A stretch of DNA of 64,000 bases from Nitrospirota bacterium (GCA_963699545.1 CAVOUE010000003.1:224001-288000); one strand, 5' to 3'; shown: positions 40,567 through 51,085, numbered from the stretch's first letter. Numbers and translations are program-made. The notes: a model not told the origin generated them from the sequence alone.

Positions 40567-40965
40567 TTACCGGAATTCCGGAAGCAGGCTCACCAGTCTC
40601 CACTGTTTCTTGCCTCCTTCATCCACATAAGCCCATTTCTGGGTGTCCACGAGGGTCTTCAGCCGGTAAGCGGAAAAAGTATAGTAGTCGATTTCTACCT
40701 TCACTTCAGCTTCGCCCTTTTGTTCGTCGAACTTTAACCGTGCGAGGCGATAGTCCACAATTCTGACGTTCTTTGCCGCCCGCGCTCTGGCACTGAACTC
40801 CTCCACAAGGGCCTCGGTGGTGAAACTGCTGGCAAGGTCCATTTTGTTCTTGCGCACCAGCTCCCCGTATTGATCGACGCTCGCTTCAAGTTCCCCACGG
40901 ATATTCTTGACACAGGCGATGAGCGTCACACTGATGACAAGCGCCCATAAAAGAGATCTTCTCAT
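40567..40965 (-). CDS. Putative lipoprotein
   Basis: Signal peptide with lipobox LIAC; GGGAGG RBS. Confidence 0.7.
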   Translation of the reverse strand: MRRSLLWALVISVTLIACVKNIRGELEASVDQYGELVRKNKMDLASSFTTEALVEEFSARARAAKNVRIVDYRLARLKFDEQKGEAEVKVEIDYYTFSAYRLKTLVDTQKWAYVDEGGKKQWRLVSLLPEFR

Positions 40966-41146
40966 GTCATCCTCCCTTTCCCTATTCTTCGTGTCCCGCT
41001 TCTGATGGACGATAACAGTTCTGGCGATAGCTTTATTACAGTTGATCGTAGTTACTTCGGGCCATAGCTACAGGAAAAACATGAGGCGCGAGGACCGCTC
41101 CTCATCCATAAGCCTTTTCCCTTTCGCACTACAGCACTGTTGTGCG

Positions 41147-41587
41147 CTACTCAACCACTACCTTGCCCGTCATGAAGGGGTGCATCTCGCAGGAATAGGA
41201 ATATGTCCCGGGTTTGGTGAACTGCCTTTTGAATTCTCCGCCCTGTTCCAGGGGGCCGGAAGCAAAGCTGCCATCGTCAGCCGTCACCGTATGGACAGAG
41301 GACTCATTGTTTCTCCACCTGACCTCAGTGCCGGCCTTGATCTTTATAACATCAGGGGAAAAGGCCATTTGGTCGAGCACGACCTTAACGAAAGCCGGGG
41401 CTGAAGCTTTTGTAGTTTCCTTCGGGACACAACACTTCTGCTGCTCGGTGCAATCAATAAACGCACCTTGCTCCGCAACCTGATTGGGCGCACAGACGCT
41501 CTTGCATTCTCCTCCGAGCTGGGTAGCACAGTCTTCGCTTGCAAACGCCAGTGCCGGGAATAGAACAAACATCAAAATCCATTTCAT
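41147..41587 (-). CDS. Secreted cupredoxin (plastocyanin/amicyanin-like) with N-terminal 6-Cys domain
   Basis: AFSPDVIKIKAGTEVRW, HTVT, YSCEMHPFM type-1 Cu ligands; signal peptide; C-x7-C-x3-C-x13-C-x5-CC. Confidence 0.85.
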   Translation of the reverse strand: MKWILMFVLFPALAFASEDCATQLGGECKSVCAPNQVAEQGAFIDCTEQQKCCVPKETTKASAPAFVKVVLDQMAFSPDVIKIKAGTEVRWRNNESSVHTVTADDGSFASGPLEQGGEFKRQFTKPGTYSYSCEMHPFMTGKVVVE

Positions 41588-41854
41588 GACACTATTATAC
41601 CGCGATTTCATCATTTATGCATCCGCCTGTTAAAAGTGTGTGCTTGAGCTGATACCAGAGAGTCTTTCCGCCCCCTTCGCTCCCTGCCGTGACCCTTGCG
41701 TTTTTCCGCAAACTATCATATGCGAACGATGAGCTTTCTATCCCAGCTCCTCACGCCATACACTTTTCGCCTTACGGTCCTTTGGAAAAGCTGGTAAAAT
41801 GAAGAAGGAAAGCCGTAGCAAACTGAAGCGCATGACAGGAGGAGGTATGGAGAA

Positions 41855-43460
41855 ATGAAGAAAAAGATTCTATGGACGGGCGGCATACTTGTTGCCGTGC
41901 TCCTTGTCGTTTTCATCGGACTGAGCATCGCTGTAAAGAATTATCTCAAGAGCGATACGCTGAAGGCCCTGATCATTCCAAAGGTGGAGGAATTCACCGG
42001 AAGGAAGGCAGGCGTAGACCGGATAGACGTATCGCTCTTCAGGGGCATAGCGGTCAAGGGGATACGTCTCATGGAGCAGGACGGAAAGCAGGAATTTGTG
42101 AACGTAGGGGAGTTCGTCCTGGAATATCGCCTTTTCCCCCTTCTGAAAAAAAGGCTCGTGATAAAGAGGATCGACCTTGTCTCGCCCTCTGTCCGACTGG
42201 TAAGGGAAAAGAACGGCCGTTTTAATTTTGCCGACATCACGGAAAGGAGCAAGGAAGCACAGAAGCAGCCCACGCCCGGAGCTGCCGAAGAAAAAGGACT
42301 TCCTCTGTCTGTGGAGAACGGACAAAATATCGGTTCGGGATGCGAGGGTGACCTTCATCGATGCAGAGGGCGCCTTGCCTGCGATAACCTTCGTCTCCGA
42401 CATCGATCTGAGGCTGACTGCAGAGAGAGGTCTGGCCAGCCCCGAGGTATCGGGCAAAGTCGTGGTGAAAGAGCTGACGATGAAGAATGACGGCAGTGAG
42501 ATAAAAAGCACCGGGACCGTCACCATAAAAGAGAATGCAGTGGACTTCACCCTTACGGCCGCTATGGCGAAAGAGACAATAAGATTCTCCGGAGAAGTAA
42601 CGGATTACATGAAGAAGCCCGTTGTCCGCATGGATATTACCGCTGCCGAACTTGACCTGGAAAGACTTATTGCCATTTCGGAAGGGACGAAAAGAACAGC
42701 AAAGCCCCAGGCCGTGAAACGTGAGCCCCCTCCTCAGAAGGAGAAAGGGACGGGGAAAGAAGAAAAAACTGCCGGGCTGACCGCTTCGGGTGAAGCAAAG
42801 GTTGCTGCCGCGAAATACAAGGGATATGTCCTGAAGGATTTCGCAGCCCGCTACAGTTACTCGGACGGCAATGTCACCATAAGCCCAATAAGCACCGGTC
42901 TCTCAGGCGGCAAGGAGGCGGTGGTGCAGGGGACGGCAAAAGGGGAACTCAGGCTTTCCGTGGCCGGGGAGAGCGCTGCCGATTCGGTCAAGAAGACCCT
43001 CGCGGGAAAGCTCACCGCAGACTTGAACAAGTGCGAGATGATCGAGACAAAGATCAGCAGTGCCATTGCGCTCTTCACCGGAATAAAGGAGCTCGCAAGC
43101 CCGAAGTTCGACGCAGTACACTTTCTCCTTGCCATCGGTAACGAGAAGATAGCCCTGGACGGCACCATGACCTCAAGCCTGATAAATCTCAATCCTTCCG
43201 GGACAGTCTGGTTCGATAAGAAGATCGACGTCATCGCAGACCTCAAGGTTGCGCCAGGTCTCGGTGGCAGGATCGTTTCCGCCCAGTTCACACGTTACAT
43301 AAAGGACGAGAAAGGATGGACTGTCATTCCCCTCAGGATAACCGGAACGACGGACAAGCCCTCCGTCGGTCTTAACCAGGCAGCGGTGGGCAAGCAAATC
43401 GAAAAAGGGGTAACGAAGGAGATGGAAAAGCGGCTATTCAAAGGGATCTTTGGGAATTAA
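41855..43460 (+). CDS. AsmA family protein; frameshift near 42318
   Basis: N-terminal TM, TGRK...LVREKNGRFNFAD, ELDLERL, C-terminal IPLRITGTTDKPSV. Confidence 0.8.
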
Positions 43461-43476
43461 TAACCCGTTAAAAACC

Positions 43477-44234
43477 GGGGACACATCCCATTTTATTATG
43501 CTTATTTGTCATCGCTGTTTCTTTCTCGGCCGTCCAATAGGCAAGGCAGCAAGCCTTTTCCCGAGATTGCGCTCGATTTCCTTTACAAAGTTGTCTGTTC
43601 CTAACGGTCGGCCTGTTCTTGCGCTCTGCCGGATGTCTTTCATCTCCTCTACAGGAATGCTTGTTTTTATGAATTCAATATAATCGCTCCGTTGAATTTC
43701 AGGAAACAGCTCTTCTCCCAAGAGAGGATCCTGAACAAGGCCAAAATGTGCACGGGCGCTGGAATATGGATAATCCTCGGAGTTATCAACGACCGTTGCA
43801 CGGACTGGATTTTGTTCTATATAGCGGGCAACAGCCCAGAGATAAGCTTCCTGATCTACAACACATGAGTGATATCTGCTTTCCCAGAGCCGCCCCGTAC
43901 GCCGATACTTCCTGTTTATATGCTGGGCATAGCAGAGGGTTAACCCCTGCATCATTTTCTGAAGGGACACCTCCGAAGAGGGTTTTGCAAGGAGATGTAC
44001 ATGATTGGTCATGAGGCAATAGCAGATGATAGAAGTATCCCATTTTTCTGCATATCTCTTCACCAGGTAAAGGTACACAGCCCTGTCTTCCGAAGTAAAA
44101 AATACATCCCCTCGATTGTTGCCTCTCTGAACAATGTGATGTGGGAATCCCGCTGCAACAGCCCTCGCTATTCTCGGCATATGGAAAGTCTACATGAGAA
44201 AACTACCGGCGTCAAGAAAAATGGGATGTGTCCC
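43477..44234 (-). mobile_element. RAYT-like (IS200/Y1) element bounded by 17-bp inverted REP-like repeats
   Basis: GGGACACATCCCATTTT (43478-43494) and AAAATGGGATGTGTCCC (44218-44234) flank the transposase. Confidence 0.85.
43509..44180 (-). CDS. REP-associated tyrosine transposase (Y1 HUH)
   Basis: MPRIAR...HHIVQRGNNR, YCLMTNHVHLL (HUH), GRLWESRY, YIEQNPVRA, YPYSS. Confidence 0.92.
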   Translation of the reverse strand: MPRIARAVAAGFPHHIVQRGNNRGDVFFTSEDRAVYLYLVKRYAEKWDTSIICYCLMTNHVHLLAKPSSEVSLQKMMQGLTLCYAQHINRKYRRTGRLWESRYHSCVVDQEAYLWAVARYIEQNPVRATVVDNSEDYPYSSARAHFGLVQDPLLGEELFPEIQRSDYIEFIKTSIPVEEMKDIRQSARTGRPLGTDNFVKEIERNLGKRLAALPIGRPRKKQR

Positions 44235-44242
44235 TATTTATT

Positions 44243-45745
44243 TCAATCCTCGCGAAAGGCCTCCTCGCGTTTCTTGTAAAGTGCAGGGATGCATGTGGCT
44301 ATGATCGCCAGCACGCCTATAGCAAGCAAGGTGGCACTGATCGGACGCCGCAAGAAGACCGTCGGGTCGCCGCGCGAGAGCAGCATTGCTCGCCGCAGAT
44401 ACTCCTCCATCAAAGGGCCAAGAATGAAGGCGAGCAGCATCGGGGCCGGCTCACAGTCAAGTTTAGTGAAGAGGTAGCCCAGAAACCCGAACAACGCCAT
44501 GAGATAGATATCGAACACGGTGTTTTTCAGGCTGAACACACCAATTCCACAAAACACCAGGATCGCCGGGAACAGGAAATGGTAAGGCACCGTGACAATA
44601 CGCACCCACATCCCGATCATTGGCAGGTTGAGGATGACCAGGAAAAGGTTGCCGATCCACATCGAAACGATGACCCCCCAGAACAGCGCCGGCTGCTCGG
44701 TTATCACCGAGGGCCCTGGCTGGATACCATGGATGATCATGGCGCCCACCATGAGCGCCATCACCGGATTTGAGGGGATACCAAGGGTCAGCATCGGGAT
44801 GAACGAGGTCTGGGCGCCGGCGTTATTGGCCGATTCAGGGGCTGCGACACCTTCGATCGCGCCCTTGCCGAATTCGGCCCTGTGCTTCGAGACTTTCTTG
44901 TCGATGGAGTAGGCCGCGAACGATCCCAGGATTGAGCCGCTGCCAGGCAATATACCGAGGGCCGAGCCTATGGCGGTCCCCCGCAGGATCGGTGCCACCA
45001 TGCGCTTCCAATCCTCCCTGGTCGGCATCAGGCTGGTGATCTTTGTTACCATAGCTGTGCGGTGTTCCTCCTGCTCCAGGTTGCGAATGATCTCGCCAAG
45101 GCCGAACATACCCATGGCTACCACCACAAATCCGATGCCGTCGGCCAGTTCGGGAATACCAAAGGCAAACCGCTGCGTGCCGGAATTAACGTCCGTGCCG
45201 ACCAGTCCCAGGAGCAGGCCGAGCACGACCATGCCGATGGCGTGCAACAACGACCCTTGGGCCAATACCACGGAAGCGAGCAGGCCAAGCACCATGAGAG
45301 AGAAATAATCGGCCGGGCCGAACTTGAGCGCGACTTCGGCAAGCGGGGGCGCGAACAGAGCGATAATGAGGGTGGCGACCGTGCCGGCAAAAAAGGAACC
45401 GATGGCGGACGCTGTGAGGGCCACGCCGGCACGCCCCTGTCGTGCCATCTGATAACCGTCCAGCGTGGTGACTACTGATGCAGCTTCACCCGGCACATTG
45501 ACCAGAATGGATGTAGTGGAACCGCCGTACTGGGAACCGTAGTAGATGCCCGCCAGCATGATCAGGGCGGAGACCGGTGGCAGGGTGAACGTGATGGGCA
45601 GGAGCATCGCAATAGTGGCCGTCGGTCCAAGCCCGGGCAATACCCCGATGAGGGTGCCGAGAAAAACACCCGCAAGGCAGTAAAACAAATTTGCCAGAGT
45701 GCACGACGTCGTCAGACCTAATCCGAGGTTGGCAATAAGTTCCAT
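44243..45745 (-). CDS. tctA: Tripartite tricarboxylate transporter permease
   Basis: GTLIGVLPGLG, YYGSQYGGSTTSILVNVPGE, DGYQMA, PESANNA, LTLGIP. Confidence 0.95.
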   Translation of the reverse strand: MELIANLGLGLTTSCTLANLFYCLAGVFLGTLIGVLPGLGPTATIAMLLPITFTLPPVSALIMLAGIYYGSQYGGSTTSILVNVPGEAASVVTTLDGYQMARQGRAGVALTASAIGSFFAGTVATLIIALFAPPLAEVALKFGPADYFSLMVLGLLASVVLAQGSLLHAIGMVVLGLLLGLVGTDVNSGTQRFAFGIPELADGIGFVVVAMGMFGLGEIIRNLEQEEHRTAMVTKITSLMPTREDWKRMVAPILRGTAIGSALGILPGSGSILGSFAAYSIDKKVSKHRAEFGKGAIEGVAAPESANNAGAQTSFIPMLTLGIPSNPVMALMVGAMIIHGIQPGPSVITEQPALFWGVIVSMWIGNLFLVILNLPMIGMWVRIVTVPYHFLFPAILVFCGIGVFSLKNTVFDIYLMALFGFLGYLFTKLDCEPAPMLLAFILGPLMEEYLRRAMLLSRGDPTVFLRRPISATLLAIGVLAIIATCIPALYKKREEAFRED

Positions 45746-45771
45746 AGCGTCTCCTTCGATATTCTCAAGAG

Positions 45772-46233
45772 TTATCCGCCGAACCACGAACCCAGTATCG
45801 GAAGCGGTATTCCCAAACCCTTCAGGAATATCAAAATGCAAAACGCGGTGAGTCCTGCTGCCAGGGCCAGTGAATACCGCCAGCTGAACCGACCGCTGGC
45901 ATAGGCGCTGATGATCACCAACAGGGGCAGCGCGATGATCAGGCCGGCGCCCCGGACGGTGAGGCCGAATACGAGCGTCGCACCGATGACCATCAGGAGT
46001 CCCTTAAACGTGAAGCTGCCGAATGGACTGCCCGGCCTAATGAATGAGCGGACCAGGGAAATGATCCCGATTATTATCAGCAGGACACTAAGAATCGCAG
46101 GGAAATAAGCCGGGCCCATCTTGACGGCGGTGCCCATACCGTAGTCGCGGGCGATAATGAGAGCAGCCGTTCCGAAGGCAATATAGATGATGCCGGTCCA
46201 GAAATCTTTGACGTTGCGCATCAATGAGCTCAA
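45772..46233 (-). CDS. tctB: Tripartite tricarboxylate transporter small subunit
   Basis: KDFWTG, GTAVKMGPAYFP, IFLKGLGIPLP; TTG start after AAGGAG. Confidence 0.9.
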   Translation of the reverse strand: MSSLMRNVKDFWTGIIYIAFGTAALIIARDYGMGTAVKMGPAYFPAILSVLLIIIGIISLVRSFIRPGSPFGSFTFKGLLMVIGATLVFGLTVRGAGLIIALPLLVIISAYASGRFSWRYSLALAAGLTAFCILIFLKGLGIPLPILGSWFGG

Positions 46234-46309
46234 GACTGTCTCCTTACGTAGAGGAGCGACGCCAGGCATCGTCCCGGTCTGAGTTTCGGCAGCTCAAGAA
46301 CAACCCTGG

Positions 46310-47284
46310 TCAGTCGGCGTAGACGCCGGCTTTTTTGATGATCGGCGCCCATTTGTCAATTTCGGCCTTGAGATGCGCACGCAATGCCTCGGGAGTAGCG
46401 TGATTCTTGGTTTCCGCCTTGGTGCCCAGTTCCGTAAAACGCTGGTTCAGCGTTGCATCCGCCAGCGCATCCTGCAGGGCTTTCACGAGCTTGTCAATTA
46501 CCGCTTTCGGCGTGCCCTTTGGCGCGTACAGACCTTGCCACACCGTTATCTCAAAGTTCGGCAATCCGGCTTCTTGCACTGTCGGCACATTCGACAGCGA
46601 AGGCACACGTGTCTTTGTCGTCACACCGTAGACCTTAATTTTGCCGGCTTTGATCTGGCTTATGGTGTTGGTGATCTGATCGCACATGAAGTCCACCTGG
46701 CCGCCGAGAAGGTCGTTCATGGCCGGGCCCGTGCCTTTATAGGGGATGGTGGTGAGGTCCGTCTGGATCGCGGACATGAAGAGCATGCCGCACAAGTGTG
46801 AGGCAGCGCCCAGTCCGGCGTTGGCTAAATTTATTTTCTCCCTGTTGGCTTTTACGTACGCTATCATTTCCTTCAGATCCTTGGGAGGAAAATCCTTTCT
46901 TGCGACCAGGGTCATCGGCACATCGCCGACCAGCCCGATGGGCTCGAAGTCACGGATCGTATCGTACGGCAGCTTGCGATAGAGGGACGGAGCGGTGGAA
47001 AAGCCGATATGGTGCAAAAAGATCGTATACCCGTCCGGCGGTGATTGAGCCACACGTGTGGACGCAATGGTGCCTCCTGCGCCGGCCACATTTTCCACAA
47101 TGATCTGAGTTTTGAGGGACGTGCCCATTGCCTGGGCAAGCAGGCGGGCTATGGTGTCTGTGGGGCCACCCGCAGAGAACGGCACGATCATCGTGATCAC
47201 TTTTGAAGGATACTGTTCCGCATGCGCCTGCGACACACCGAGAAACGCGAGACAAATGAGCATCAGCAGAACTCTGTTAATCAC
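46310..47284 (-). CDS. tctC: Tripartite tricarboxylate transporter substrate-binding protein (Bug/TctC)
   Basis: YPSKVITMIVPFSAGGPTD, VENVAGAGG, PPDGYT, IPYKGTGPAMNDLLGGQVD. Confidence 0.93.
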   Translation of the reverse strand: MINRVLLMLICLAFLGVSQAHAEQYPSKVITMIVPFSAGGPTDTIARLLAQAMGTSLKTQIIVENVAGAGGTIASTRVAQSPPDGYTIFLHHIGFSTAPSLYRKLPYDTIRDFEPIGLVGDVPMTLVARKDFPPKDLKEMIAYVKANREKINLANAGLGAASHLCGMLFMSAIQTDLTTIPYKGTGPAMNDLLGGQVDFMCDQITNTISQIKAGKIKVYGVTTKTRVPSLSNVPTVQEAGLPNFEITVWQGLYAPKGTPKAVIDKLVKALQDALADATLNQRFTELGTKAETKNHATPEALRAHLKAEIDKWAPIIKKAGVYAD

Positions 47285-47394
47285 TACCCACCTCCGCAGT
47301 TGTTTGGTTACGCATATCTGTTTCTTGACAGGTGCTTGCTTCCCGTAAATATGAATATATGAAAATGACGCTTGTCTTGTCAATGTAATTGAGG

Positions 47395-47421
47395 AAAAAG
47401 TAGGGACCATGTCCCCTTTTT
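47395..47421. repeat. Degenerate REP-like palindrome
   Basis: AAAAAGTAGGGACCATGTCCCCTTTTT resembles the RAYT-flanking repeats. Confidence 0.5.
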
Positions 47422-47507
47422 AAAGCGGGATTCACTAATTAGACCTTGCGAAATAGTCGATTGTGGCGGTAAGATAGAGCGTGAAATCTCTCGTTTCCCG
47501 AGGTGAC

Positions 47508-48011
47508 ATGAGGTATCTTCTGATCGCTCTTTCGTTTCTCTTCCTCACCGCTGAGGCTCCCTCACCATGGGGCATCGATGAACTGGTCGGGAAGAAAGCT
47601 CCTGATTTTACCCTGAAGAACTTGAACGACAAGCCGGTCTCTCTGTCTTCTCTTAAGGGAAACGCTGTGCTGATAAGCTTCTGGGCAACATGGTGCCCTC
47701 CCTGCCGGGATGAGATGCCCTCCCTCAACAGGCTTTATCGTGACAAACGGGACAAGGGCCTTGTCGTAGTGGCGATTTCAACGGACAGGGGGGTATCGCC
47801 GGTCAAGGATTTTTTAAGGAAGACCCCTGTGGACTTCCCTGTTCTTATGGATTCCGGCAACAGGGTCACAAGACAGTTCAAGGTGTTTTCCCTTCCCACT
47901 ACGTTTCTCCTGGACAGGAACGGAGCTATTGTTGAAAAGTATCTCGGCGAAGAGGAGTGGGATTCCGCAAAGATCCGGGATAAGATCGATGCGGTGTTAC
48001 GGATTCAATAA
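47508..48011 (+). CDS. TlpA/ResA-like thiol-disulfide oxidoreductase
   Basis: APDFTL, FWATWCPPCRDEMP, LPTTFLLD. Confidence 0.92.
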   Translation: MRYLLIALSFLFLTAEAPSPWGIDELVGKKAPDFTLKNLNDKPVSLSSLKGNAVLISFWATWCPPCRDEMPSLNRLYRDKRDKGLVVVAISTDRGVSPVKDFLRKTPVDFPVLMDSGNRVTRQFKVFSLPTTFLLDRNGAIVEKYLGEEEWDSAKIRDKIDAVLRIQ

Positions 48012-48086
48012 CTCTCCCCTTTTGTCTTGCATCCGGCTGATGTGCATTTACTGGGGATTCAGGATTGCGAAACGAGGATTTCGTTC

Positions 48087-49061
48087 TTAGTAGGGATTCC
48101 AGAGATGACAGGACACAAGCCTCCCGCTGAACCCATCCCCTGCCGGCACTTTCAATTCAGGCACAACTCTGTCACAGGGCTCAAATCTCTTCGGGCACCT
48201 CGGATGAAAGGGACATCCGTGAGGGATATCCACAGGGCTCGGCACATCCCCTTTCAGGATCGTCCGTTTCTGACCGTCCGGTCTTATCTTCGGCGCAGAT
48301 GAGAGCAGCACGACCGTGTAGGGGTGGAGGGGATGAGCAAAGAGGTCTTCCGCCTTCGCCTCTTCCACGATCTTTCCAAGGTACATCACCCCAACCTCGT
48401 CACTGAAATACCGCACCACCCGGAGGTCGTGGCTGATAAAGAGGAATGAGATATTCGATTCCTTTTTCAGGTCCTGGAGGATGTTCAGTACCTGGGCCTG
48501 AATTGATACGTCCAGTGCGGAGAGGGGTTCATCGGCTATGATGACCTCCGGGGATACCGCAAGTGCCCGCGCAATACATATCCTCTGTCTCTGACCCCCG
48601 CTGAATTCATGGGGGTAGCGGTCCAGCGCATCGGGCTGGAGCCCGACACTGTTGAGAAGGCTCACCACTTTTTCCTTAATCTCTCCTCTCGGAACAATCT
48701 TGTGGATTTTGAGAGGCTCGGAGAGGGCATCAGAGACAGTCATCCTGGGGTTCAGGGATGCAAAAGGGTCCTGAAAGATTATCTGCACCGATTTCCTGAA
48801 GGCCCGTAAGGATTCTCCCTCGAGTTCGGAGACCTTGCTTCCTTTAAACAGCACGTCTCCGCCAGTGGGTTTTATAAGCTTCAGGACCATCCGGGCCACG
48901 GTGGATTTTCCGCATCCGCTCTCCCCCACCAGGGAAAACACATTGCCCTGCTTTACCGAAAAAGTCACCCCGTCCACTGCCTTGAGAGACCCCCGCTTCA
49001 TGAACGCTCCGGCTTTCACCGGGAAATATTTCCTGAGTTCGACTACATCGATAATGTCCAC
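48087..49061 (-). CDS. Oligopeptide/dipeptide ABC ATPase (OppF/DppF-like)
   Basis: GESGCGKST, FQDPFASLNP, YPHEFSGGQRQR, GCPFHPRC. Confidence 0.92.
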   Translation of the reverse strand: MDIIDVVELRKYFPVKAGAFMKRGSLKAVDGVTFSVKQGNVFSLVGESGCGKSTVARMVLKLIKPTGGDVLFKGSKVSELEGESLRAFRKSVQIIFQDPFASLNPRMTVSDALSEPLKIHKIVPRGEIKEKVVSLLNSVGLQPDALDRYPHEFSGGQRQRICIARALAVSPEVIIADEPLSALDVSIQAQVLNILQDLKKESNISFLFISHDLRVVRYFSDEVGVMYLGKIVEEAKAEDLFAHPLHPYTVVLLSSAPKIRPDGQKRTILKGDVPSPVDIPHGCPFHPRCPKRFEPCDRVVPELKVPAGDGFSGRLVSCHLWNPY

Positions 49062-50017
49062 TGCATCTCCTCAGCCCTTATGCACCGCGCGAAGTGACCC
49101 CGGGCGATCTCTCTGAGGGCGGGCTCCTCTTTCCGGCAGTCGGGAATCATGTATCTGCACCGGTCCGAGAACTTGCAGCCTGGAGGAAGTTCTTCCGGTC
49201 TCGGAACGGAACCGGGAATCGGTTTGAGCGGGATCCCTTTTTGCTTCGGCAGGGACTCCAGAAGTCCTATGGTGTAGGGATGCTTCGGTGATTCAAGCAC
49301 CTGTGAGACCCGGGAGGTCTCCATGATCCTTCCCGCATACATGACTGCGGCTCTCTCCGCATTTTCAGCGATCACCCCGATGTCGTGTGTGATGAGCAGA
49401 ACCGCCATATTCCTTTCCTCTCTCAGGTTCCTCATGAGTTCAAGTATCTGCGCCTCTATGGTCACGTCAAGGGCCGTAGTTGGTTCATCCGCGATGAGAA
49501 GGGAGGGATTGCACGCGACCGCCATGGCGATCATGATCCGCTGCCTCATCCCCCCTGACATCTGATGAGGATACTCCTTCAGCCGTATCTCGGGAGAAGG
49601 GATACTCACCGCCTTCAAAAGCTCCACGACCTTTTCCGTCGCGCTTTTCCGTGAAAGTCCCATGTGCGTGGTGAGAACCTCTCCGATCTGATACCCTACG
49701 GTGAGCACGGGGTTAAGGGAGGTCATGGGCTCCTGGAAGATCATGGATATCTCCTTGCCCCGCAGCCTTCGCATGGATTCTTTATCTGTGGTGAGAAGAT
49801 CCCTGCCTTTGAAGCGAAGATCGCCTTCCGCAAAGGAATTCTCCGGCAGAAGCCCCATAATCGCAAGGGCGGTGAGACTCTTTCCGCAGCCGCTTTCGCC
49901 CACAAGACCGAAGACCTCCGCTTCATTGATCGAGAAGTTCAGTTTGTTGACGACGTTAACGGGGCCCGATGATGTGCTGAAGGAAATGCTGAGATCCCTT
50001 ACCTCAAGGAGGGACAC
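49043..50017 (-). CDS. Oligopeptide/dipeptide ABC ATPase (OppD/DppD-like)
   Basis: GESGCGKS, FQEPMTSLNP, YPHQMSGGMRQR, GCKFSDRC; start trimmed to GTG (VSLLEV). Confidence 0.92.
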   Translation of the reverse strand: MSLLEVRDLSISFSTSSGPVNVVNKLNFSINEAEVFGLVGESGCGKSLTALAIMGLLPENSFAEGDLRFKGRDLLTTDKESMRRLRGKEISMIFQEPMTSLNPVLTVGYQIGEVLTTHMGLSRKSATEKVVELLKAVSIPSPEIRLKEYPHQMSGGMRQRIMIAMAVACNPSLLIADEPTTALDVTIEAQILELMRNLREERNMAVLLITHDIGVIAENAERAAVMYAGRIMETSRVSQVLESPKHPYTIGLLESLPKQKGIPLKPIPGSVPRPEELPPGCKFSDRCRYMIPDCRKEEPALREIARGHFARCIRAEEMQWTLSM

Positions 50018-50021
50018 TCTC

Positions 50022-50729
50022 CTACTTGTCCTCTTTCCGCAGAAGCTTGAGATAGGTCTTTGCCTCTTCGAGTTTCGGGTTGTACCGCAATGCGCTCTCC
50101 CATTCCTCAAGGGCAAGCCCTACCATGCCTTTCATATAGTAGGTAAGACCGAGCTGCACCCATCCCTGGCCGTAATCGGGATTGATCTCCTTGGCCTTGA
50201 CAAAATAGATGACCGCATCCTCATAGTTCCCTTTGCTCCTGATGGCGATGCCCAGCTTCGTATAGAAATCTGCAGCCCTGGGATGGAGCTTGACCGCCTT
50301 CTGGTATTCCTCAATGGCATCATCCCACATGCCGAATTCAAGATAGATGTTGCCGATCTTGTAATGCTCGTTCGCCAGCTTCCTTGCAACAAAGGGGTCC
50401 AGGGATGTGGGAGTGGGATGGGCTATCTGCGCCGCCAGGGAAAATACCTCCTGGGCCTGCTTGAACTCGCCCATCTCATTGTAGGTGATGGCAAGGTTAA
50501 GGGACGCCTCGGTATACAGCGGGTTTAACTGAAGGGCGCGCTCGAAATACTCGGATGCCTCTTTGAACCTGCTGTTGAGGTGCGCGATGATGCCGAGTTT
50601 ATTGAGCACATCAGCGTAGTTCGGATTAAGCCTGATAACATCACGGAGAACAGCTTCTGCCTCGTTATACCTGCCCGCATCGAAGAGGTCGCTGCCCATC
50701 TGGTGGAGGTCATAGACGTCCTGGTTCAT
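50022..50729 (-). CDS. Tetratricopeptide repeat protein
   Basis: Repeated TPR units (NPNYADVLNKLG, NPLYTEASLNLA, NPDYGQGWVQLG). Confidence 0.88.
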   Translation of the reverse strand: MNQDVYDLHQMGSDLFDAGRYNEAEAVLRDVIRLNPNYADVLNKLGIIAHLNSRFKEASEYFERALQLNPLYTEASLNLAITYNEMGEFKQAQEVFSLAAQIAHPTPTSLDPFVARKLANEHYKIGNIYLEFGMWDDAIEEYQKAVKLHPRAADFYTKLGIAIRSKGNYEDAVIYFVKAKEINPDYGQGWVQLGLTYYMKGMVGLALEEWESALRYNPKLEEAKTYLKLLRKEDK

Positions 50730-50776
50730 ATCGTCAGAGTATAGGGGTTCGCCAATTCTTTGTCAAGGCAACGGAG

Positions 50777-51085
50777 CTAATTGATCGAGCGGATCCTTCC
50801 TGTTCTCCTGTCGAAGAGAATCTTGTCATACAGCCGTTCGCCCCTGTATATGTCTGCCTCGATAAACCGGTCCTTGTGACGCATATTCGCCACCCTTAAT
50901 CCTTTGCCCCTAAAGTATTTCTCGATGGCGACCTCAGCTTCTTTCGGGCCCATGTCCTGCGTGCATATGCCGTACGTGTTCCCCTTGGGATAATCGCCAT
51001 AGGGCATGACGCGTTCTTCCCCGTACCCGGCCACGGCCATCAGCAACACCATGAGCGGCAGCACATAACGCATTGTTCTCCTCAT
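50777..51085 (-). CDS. Small secreted protein, PepSY-like
   Basis: Signal peptide; C-terminal FIEADI...KILFDRRTGRIR. Confidence 0.6.
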   Translation of the reverse strand: MRRTMRYVLPLMVLLMAVAGYGEERVMPYGDYPKGNTYGICTQDMGPKEAEVAIEKYFRGKGLRVANMRHKDRFIEADIYRGERLYDKILFDRRTGRIRSIN

